Shown: positions 55,120 to 61,187 of the stretch, one piece after another
How positions within the stretch are numbered: position 1 is the first letter of the stretch
How the letters are laid out: each line of letters opens with the position of its first letter
Source: Myxococcota bacterium
GTDB lineage: Bacteria; Myxococcota_A; UBA9160; UBA4427
Direction: 5' to 3'
Length of the DNA stretch: 64,000 nt
NCBI GenBank assembly: GCA_029243605.1
Contig: JAQWRT010000015.1
Coordinates: forward strand, 99,392-163,391
Position numbers and translations under genes: made by a program
The notes under the pieces: model-generated
Database searches by the model: none
Seen by the model: the letters and a program-made list of their open reading frames with translations, nothing else
Told to the model about the DNA's origin: nothing

Positions 55120-56535
55120 ATGCAGGGGCATCGAGGCGGACTGGGCGTTTTTCTGATCACCGGACTGCTCATCGGTGGGGTACTGAGTTCAGCGGGGCGA
55201 GCCGCCTCGGATGAGGCCGCCTCGTCCGACGGGGAAACAAGCCCCCAGGTAGCCGGGCTGGCCTTCGTCGACGATTGGACGCGCGAGAATCTCGAGAACC
55301 TGGTGGAACTCTACCGCGAGTTGCACGCCCACCCGGAACTCTCCCTTCAAGAGACGAAGACGGCGGCCCGGGTTGCCGAGGCCTTTGAGCAGGCGGGCTA
55401 CCGGGTGACCTCCGGGGTCGGGGGCACCGGGGTCGTGGGCGTGCTGAAGAACGGCCCCGGGCCGACCCTGATGATTCGGGGCGACATGGATGCCTTGCCC
55501 GTGAGCGAGGAGAGCGGCCTCGAGTACGCAAGTGAGGTCACCGCGCTGCTGCCCGACGGCCGCACGACCGGGGTCATGCACGCCTGCGGGCACGACGTGC
55601 ACACGACGAACCTCGTGGCCAGCGCTCGCCTGTTGGCCGAGGCCCGGGATCTGTGGAGCGGAACCCTGGTGATGGTTGCCCAGCCCGCCGAGGAAATCGG
55701 CCAGGGTGCTCGGGACATGATGGCGGCGGGACTCTTCGAGGATTTCCCCCGGCCCGATTATACCCTGGCCCTGCATGTGGACTCGGACTTGGCCGCGGGC
55801 ACCCTGGGCTTTACGCCGGGTTTCGCCTTCGCCAATGTCGATTCCGTGGACGTGACCTTCTACGGGCGCGGCGGTCACGGCGCACGCCCGCACTCGGCCA
55901 TCGACCCCATCGTTACGGCGGCCTCCTTTGTGAGTTCCGTGCAGACCCTGGTCAGCCGTCGCCTGAATCCTCAGGATCCGGGGGTGGTGACCGTGGGGTC
56001 GATCCATGCGGGCACCAAGCACAACGTGATTCCCAACGAGGCCCGGCTTCAGTTGACGGTGCGCTCGTACAGCGACGAGACCCGGGGGCAACTGCTCGAA
56101 GGGATCGCCCAGATCGCCGCCGATACCTGCCGCGTCTTTCAATGCCCGCGCCCACCCGGGGTGACGGTGCGCGAGGAGTACACCCCGGCGCTCTACAACG
56201 ACCCGGCCTTTACGGCCCGGGCGGTGGCGCTCTTTGGCGAGGTCTTCGGGGCGGAGCAGGTCTTCGAGATGACGCCCACCATGGGGGGCGAGGATTTCGG
56301 CCGCTACGCCCGGGCCCTGGATGTGCCGGGCCTGATGTTTCGAGTCGGCGCCCAGGATCCCGAGCGCTTTGCAGCGAGCCGGGCGCCGGGGGCTGTGCCC
56401 TTGCCCGGGGTCCATTCGAGCGGCTTCGCTCCCGCCGCCGAGCCGACCTTGGATACGGCCATTCGGGCCATGGGATTGCTGGCCCTGGACGTCCTGACGA
56501 GCGGGGCGAAGCCCGGGGATGCGCAGTCGCCCTGA
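55120..56535 (+). CDS. Secreted M20-family amidohydrolase/peptidase (M20D, hippurate-hydrolase-like)
   Basis: GGGGAGG lies 6 nt upstream of the ATG at 55120. Signal peptide LGVFLITGLLIGGVLSSAGRA. Motifs LHAHPELS, IRGDMDALP, MHACGHDVHT. Confidence 0.85.
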   Translation: MQGHRGGLGVFLITGLLIGGVLSSAGRAASDEAASSDGETSPQVAGLAFVDDWTRENLENLVELYRELHAHPELSLQETKTAARVAEAFEQAGYRVTSGVGGTGVVGVLKNGPGPTLMIRGDMDALPVSEESGLEYASEVTALLPDGRTTGVMHACGHDVHTTNLVASARLLAEARDLWSGTLVMVAQPAEEIGQGARDMMAAGLFEDFPRPDYTLALHVDSDLAAGTLGFTPGFAFANVDSVDVTFYGRGGHGARPHSAIDPIVTAASFVSSVQTLVSRRLNPQDPGVVTVGSIHAGTKHNVIPNEARLQLTVRSYSDETRGQLLEGIAQIAADTCRVFQCPRPPGVTVREEYTPALYNDPAFTARAVALFGEVFGAEQVFEMTPTMGGEDFGRYARALDVPGLMFRVGAQDPERFAASRAPGAVPLPGVHSSGFAPAAEPTLDTAIRAMGLLALDVLTSGAKPGDAQSP

Positions 56536-56553
56536 TCCGAGGCGAGGGTAAAT

Positions 56554-56769
56554 TCAGGCCAGCAGGGCCAAGATTTCCTGGTCTTCGGGAAAGCGTCCTG
56601 TGGCCTGCTTGGAGAAGAGCAGGCGGCCGTCGCAGACGACGTCGAAGACGCCCCCGTCGCCCTTGAGGAGTTGGGCTTCGTGGCCGGTGGCCTCGAGGAG
56701 GGCGGCGGCCAGACTGGCCGCCCGGGGTTGGAAATTTCAACGCACGCAGTAGGTAATCGTGATTTCCAT
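56554..56769 (-). CDS. SelW/Rdx-family selenoprotein (71 aa) with in-frame UGA (Sec) at codon 11
   Basis: The ATG at 56769 has GGAG 6 nt upstream. Translation is MEITITYCVR-U-NFQPRAASLAAALLEATGHEAQLLKGDGGVFDVVCDGRLLFSKQATGRFPEDQEILALLA. The CxxU redox motif sits exactly where Rdx proteins carry CxxC/CxxU. Family hallmarks G-x-F-[ED]-V..DG.L..SK...GRFP lie downstream of the TGA (56739-56737), in the same frame, through to the TGA at 56556-56554. Confidence 0.8.
56704..56722 (-). promoter_or_regulatory. Putative bacterial SECIS hairpin
   Basis: The minus-strand RNA reads UGA-AAUUUCCAACCCCG-GGCGGCC-AGUCU-GGCCGCC. That is a 7-bp G/C stem (extendable with flanking G/C) and a 5-nt loop containing GU. 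The loop starts about 21 nt after the UGA, within the spacing expected for bacterial SECIS elements. Confidence 0.65.
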
Positions 56770-56877
56770 GCGGGGCTCCGGGTCCGGGCTTCGGGCCCGG
56801 TTCGGGGGAAGTGTGGCCCAGCCTTCCCCTCCCTGGCAAGGGCGGCGTGGCCGCGATCCGGGGCCTAGACTCGCGGC

Positions 56878-57660
56878 ATGCTCGAGGCCTTCGAAGAAAG
56901 CGAGTTCTGCCACGAGGGCGTGACCCGACGGGTCTTCTATGCGGGCGCCGGCCCCGGCGTCGTGATCATGCACGAGGTTCCGGGCCTCTATCCCGCGATG
57001 GCGGAATTTGCCGAGCGGGTGGTGGCGGCGGGGTTTCGGGTGGCGCTGCCCGAACTCTTTGGCACCACCGGGCGCCCGGTCTCCCCGGGATACGCCTTGG
57101 CCGAGATCACCCGGGCCTGCATCAGCCGGGAGTTCCATGTCCTCGCCTCCCGGGGCTCGAGTCCCATCACCACCTGGCTGCGGGCTCTGTGCCGAGAGTT
57201 TCATGCCGAGTGCGGCGGGCCGGGGGTGGGCGCGATCGGCATGTGCTTGACCGGGAACTTCGCGCTCTCCCTGATGGTGGACCCCTGGGTGATGGCGCCC
57301 GTGCTTTCCCAGCCCTCGCTGCCCTTTCCCCTGGGTGCCGAGCGCCGCCGCGGGCTGCACCTGTCCGACGACGATCTCGAAGTCGTGCGCCGCCGGGCTT
57401 GCGACGAGGGGGTCGGCGTTTTGGGCCTGCGCTTTACCCGGGATCCCATGTCCCCCCCCGAGCGCTTCGAACGTCTGCGTGAAGAACTCGGCGACGGCTT
57501 CGAGGGGATCGAGATCGATTCGGGCCCGGGCAACCCTCATGGCATTGCCCGCAGCGCGCACAGCGTGGTGACGAACGATCTGATCGACGAAGCCGGGCAT
57601 CCGACACGCCAGGCCCTCGACCGGGTGCTGGAATTTTTCGGCGAACGCCTGGGCGGCTAG
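56878..57660 (+). CDS. Dienelactone hydrolase family protein
   Basis: Alpha/beta hydrolase with DLH-type nucleophile region GAIGMCLTGNFA (Cys nucleophile) and the N-terminal pattern GVVIMHEVPGL. Confidence 0.75.
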   Translation: MLEAFEESEFCHEGVTRRVFYAGAGPGVVIMHEVPGLYPAMAEFAERVVAAGFRVALPELFGTTGRPVSPGYALAEITRACISREFHVLASRGSSPITTWLRALCREFHAECGGPGVGAIGMCLTGNFALSLMVDPWVMAPVLSQPSLPFPLGAERRRGLHLSDDDLEVVRRRACDEGVGVLGLRFTRDPMSPPERFERLREELGDGFEGIEIDSGPGNPHGIARSAHSVVTNDLIDEAGHPTRQALDRVLEFFGERLGG

Positions 57661-57669
57661 TCGAGGAAC

Positions 57670-58842
57670 TCAGCGTCGCTCGAAGAGCGCCAGGGTCTCG
57701 ACGTGTTCGCCGTGGGGGAAGAGCGCGTAGGCCTCGAGCCGGGTGAGTTGCATGCGCCCGCCCGCGATCAGCGCGCGCGCCTCTCGCAGGAGGGCGGGGA
57801 GCCCGCAGCTCACATAGGCGAGCCGGGCCGGGGGCGCGTCGGCGAGGGCACCCACGAGTTCGTCGCCGAGGCCGCGCCGAGGCGGGTCGACGATCACGGC
57901 GTCGCAGCTTGCAAGGAGACCGCGAAGTTCGGGGATCCGGGCCGCGTCGCCGGGATGAACCTGGGCCCGGCTGCGCATTTCCGGGGCGCAGCCCGCCAGG
58001 GAGAGGGCTAGGCCGCGCAGGGAGTCCTCGCCGCGCTCGTTGAAATGCACCTCGGCGCCTCGGGCCAGCACGGGCAGCCCCAGGGCGCCGCACCCGGCGT
58101 AGAGATCCGCCACCCGGGGCGCGTTGCCCGGGTCGCTGTCCGGGCCGGGGGAGGCCCCGGCAAGAGCGAAGTCCGCGACGCGCTCGGTCAGGCTGTCGGC
58201 GAGGTCGAGGTTCGCCTGGCCAAAGGCGCCGGGGGGAAAGTGAACCGTCACTCCACCCATGGTTTCGCAGGCCGTTTCGGGGCCGGCGAGCCGGGCCCAC
58301 TTGGGGCCGAGGATGCTGTTCGTGCGCTCGGGCTGGCCGTTCCACCAGAGACTGTGGAGCGAGTCGCCGAGAATTTCGATCAGCCGGGCGGCCGCGGGCT
58401 CGAAGGGCTCGGGGGAACTCGAGTTGCAGATCACCACGACCTGGGCGCGGTTGTGCGCGCGCTCCACCACGACCTGGAGGTAGCGCACGAGCCCGCTGTG
58501 GTGTTCCTCCCGGTAAGGGGGCGTCCCGGTTTCGCGCAGCGCCTGCTTCAGCCCGGCGACGACGCGGTTGATTCGGGGATGGTGGATCACGCAGCGGGGG
58601 ATGTCGACGACACTGTGGCTGCCCGGGGCGAAGAGTCCGATCTTGGGCGAGCGCGCCCGACCGCGCACCGCCAAGCGGGCTCGGCGGCGCCACTCGAGGG
58701 GGGCGCCCTCATGGACCGGGGGCGGGGGCAGGGCGCTCTCGGCCGCCAACTCCTTGAGTTGGGCGAAGGCCCCGGGGTCGATTCCGCCCTGGCCGAGCCG
58801 AGGGCAGCCGGGGCAAGCGGGCCGATGGGAACATTCGATCAA
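57670..58842 (-). CDS. RumA/TrmA-family SAM-dependent RNA (uracil-5-)methyltransferase
   Basis: Only the C-terminal ~390 aa of the 944-aa track ORF looks genuine. It has an N-terminal Cys cluster CSHRPACPGCP, SAM motif DLYAGCGALGLP, DPPRRGL, and a YVSCG nucleophile region. I propose the TTG start at 58842, with AAAGGA 5 nt upstream. The rest of the track ORF is antisense to ygiQ. Confidence 0.7.
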   Translation of the reverse strand: MIECSHRPACPGCPRLGQGGIDPGAFAQLKELAAESALPPPPVHEGAPLEWRRRARLAVRGRARSPKIGLFAPGSHSVVDIPRCVIHHPRINRVVAGLKQALRETGTPPYREEHHSGLVRYLQVVVERAHNRAQVVVICNSSSPEPFEPAAARLIEILGDSLHSLWWNGQPERTNSILGPKWARLAGPETACETMGGVTVHFPPGAFGQANLDLADSLTERVADFALAGASPGPDSDPGNAPRVADLYAGCGALGLPVLARGAEVHFNERGEDSLRGLALSLAGCAPEMRSRAQVHPGDAARIPELRGLLASCDAVIVDPPRRGLGDELVGALADAPPARLAYVSCGLPALLREARALIAGGRMQLTRLEAYALFPHGEHVETLALFERR

Positions 58843-58956
58843 GACAGTCCTTTCCGCGACGCGTCCGAAGCGCTCGCCGCCCGGAAGGGCAGGGGATCCG
58901 CGCCGGTCCAGGGGATCGCCTAGTATGGCATTTTCGTCGCCGGGGAGTGCAGCCAG

Positions 58957-60930
58957 ATGAAACCAGCCAAGACGCCTGGAAGCCCCGGGGCGAGTTCGGG
59001 TTCCGGCGACTTTCTCCCCACCTCCCGGGCCGAGATGGAGGCCCGGGGTTGGGATCAGGCGGATATCGTTTTCGTCTCCGGCGACGCCTACGTCGACCAC
59101 CCTTCCTTTGCCGCGGCCCTGCTCGGCCGCTGGCTCGAGGCCCACGGCTTCCGGGTGGCGATCCTGGCCCAGCCCGATTGGCAGAGCGCCGACGCCTGGC
59201 GGGCCCTCGGCCCGCCGCGTCTGTTTTATGCCGTCAGCGCGGGCAATATGGATTCGATGATCAACCACTACACCGCGAACCGAAAGCGCCGAGGGGCCGA
59301 TGCCTACTCGCCCGGGGGCCGGATCGACCGGCGTCCAGATCGCGCCTCGGTGGTCTACACCCAGCGCTGCCGAGAGGCGTTCAAGGGGGTCCCGGTGGTC
59401 ACCGGCGGCGTCGAGGCTTCCCTGCGCCGGGTGGCCCACTACGATTATTGGTCGGACAAGGTGCGGCCGAGTCACCTCGTCAACTCCAAAGCCGATCTGC
59501 TCGCCTTCGGTATGGGAGAGCACACGATCCTCGAAATCGCCCGGCGTCTCGATGCCGGCGAGGACGCGAGCGCCCTGCGCGATCTCCGGGGCGTCGCCTA
59601 TTTGCTCGGAGCCAAGGGCGAACTCCCGGATCACAGCTTTCGTGACGCGCCGGAGGAGGACGAGAAAGACGTCGTGCTCCCCGGTTACGAAGAGGTCCTC
59701 GCCGACAAGCGCGCTTTTGCCGTGGCCACCCGTCAGGTGCACCGGGAAACAAACCCCGGCAACGCGCAGCGCCTGATCCAAGCCCACGGCGACCGGCGGG
59801 TGGTGATCAACCCCCCGGCGCTGCCCGTGGAGACGGCAGAACTCGATCGCCTCCACGAGCTTCCCTACGCCCGGGCGCCGCATCCGAGTTACGAAGAGAA
59901 AATTCCGGCCTGGCAGACCATCGCCGACTCGGTGCAGATCATGCGCGGTTGTTTTGGGGGCTGCACGTTCTGCTCGATCACCCTTCACCAGGGGCGTCGC
60001 ATTCAGAGCCGCAGCGAGGGCTCGGTGCTTCGGGAACTCGAGGCCGTCGCGGCGCGCCCCGGCTTCAAGGGGCATGTGAGCGATATCGGGGGACCCACGG
60101 CCAACATGTACCGCATGCGGTGCACCCGCCCCGAGATCGAGGCGCGTTGCCGCAGGCTCTCGTGCGTGCATCCCAAGGTCTGCAAATTGATGGGCACGGA
60201 TCACACGCCCCTGCGCGACCTCATGCGAAAGAGCCGGGGCCTGGCGGGGATCAAGAAGGTGAACGTGGCCTCGGGGATTCGCATGGATCTGGCCGCCGAC
60301 GACCCCGCCTATCTCGAGGAACTCGCGACCCACCATGTCGGCGGGCACCTGAAGGTGGCGCCGGAGCACGCCAGCGAAAAGGTGCTGGAGAAGATGAAGA
60401 AGCCCGGGGGCGACAGCTTTGATCGCTTTGCGGCGGGCTTTCGCGCGGCGTCCGAGCGGGCGGGCAAGGAGCAATACCTCGTGCCCTATTTCATCGCGAG
60501 CCACCCGGGCTCCGGGCTCGAAGAGATGATCGAACTTGCGCTTTATCTAAAGAAGAACGGCTATCGGCCGCGGCAGGTCCAGGACTTCATCCCCGCCCCG
60601 ATGGATCTGGCAACGTGCATGTACTACACGGGCCTCGATCCCGAGACCCTCGAGCCCGTGGAGAGCGCGCGCACAGCGAGCGAGCGCGGGCTTCAGCGCG
60701 CGCTGCTCCAGTATTGGGAACCCGCCAATCACGCGACGGTCAAGCGCGCCCTCGAGCGCGCCGGGCGCCGGGACCTGATCGGCGACGGCCCCGGCTGCCT
60801 GATCCCGGCCCGGGCCCCGGTTATTCGAGATTCTGGGCCGGCGGCGGGCTCTTCACGCGGAAACGAGCCCGGCTACCGCGGCCCCGCCCGGCGTCGGCGA
60901 CGGGGAACCGGCCCGGCTTCGCGGGACTAG
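58957..60930 (+). CDS. ygiQ: YgiQ-family radical SAM protein (UPF0313)
   Basis: Family N-terminus [33 protein letters not shown], then [10 protein letters not shown], and a radical-SAM cysteine triad in [11 protein letters not shown]. Confidence 0.9.
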   Translation: MKPAKTPGSPGASSGSGDFLPTSRAEMEARGWDQADIVFVSGDAYVDHPSFAAALLGRWLEAHGFRVAILAQPDWQSADAWRALGPPRLFYAVSAGNMDSMINHYTANRKRRGADAYSPGGRIDRRPDRASVVYTQRCREAFKGVPVVTGGVEASLRRVAHYDYWSDKVRPSHLVNSKADLLAFGMGEHTILEIARRLDAGEDASALRDLRGVAYLLGAKGELPDHSFRDAPEEDEKDVVLPGYEEVLADKRAFAVATRQVHRETNPGNAQRLIQAHGDRRVVINPPALPVETAELDRLHELPYARAPHPSYEEKIPAWQTIADSVQIMRGCFGGCTFCSITLHQGRRIQSRSEGSVLRELEAVAARPGFKGHVSDIGGPTANMYRMRCTRPEIEARCRRLSCVHPKVCKLMGTDHTPLRDLMRKSRGLAGIKKVNVASGIRMDLAADDPAYLEELATHHVGGHLKVAPEHASEKVLEKMKKPGGDSFDRFAAGFRAASERAGKEQYLVPYFIASHPGSGLEEMIELALYLKKNGYRPRQVQDFIPAPMDLATCMYYTGLDPETLEPVESARTASERGLQRALLQYWEPANHATVKRALERAGRRDLIGDGPGCLIPARAPVIRDSGPAAGSSRGNEPGYRGPARRRRRGTGPASRD

Positions 60931-61062
60931 CGCGCCCTCGCTCTCTCGGCGCCAAGGTGCAGAGGGTGGGCAGCCCGCCCGAAGGTCTAGGGCATCCAGT
61001 CCGAAGGGTGGTGGGGGAAGGATAAAACCCTCATGTTTTTCGGCGAGCGATCCGTTTTTTGG

Positions 61063-61091
61063 TTGGAATCCATATTTTCTCTGTCATAACT
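61063..61091 (+). promoter_or_regulatory. Candidate sigma70-like promoter for the large secreted-protein gene
   Basis: This is the only clearly AT-richer stretch in the window. TTGGAA (61063-61068), a 16-bp spacer, then CATAAC (61085-61090). Both hexamers match the consensus only weakly (4/6). Confidence 0.25.
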
Positions 61092-61187
61092 GGGCTGTGA
61101 TCCGATGTTATTGGCCTTTCCCCGGCGTGGACTCGCCGGGGGAGGACGGGCTGTCCAGAGAGTTTTTTCTTAGAACGCAGGCCATCG

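Noticed and set aside
58843-60504. The N-terminal ~550 aa of the 944-aa minus-strand ORF 57670..60504.
   Set aside because: This part is antisense to the well-supported ygiQ gene and has no methyltransferase-related sequence. Only the C-terminal ~390 aa (RumA/TrmA-like) looks real. The divergent-gene geometry and an AAAGGA-N5-TTG support a start near 58842.
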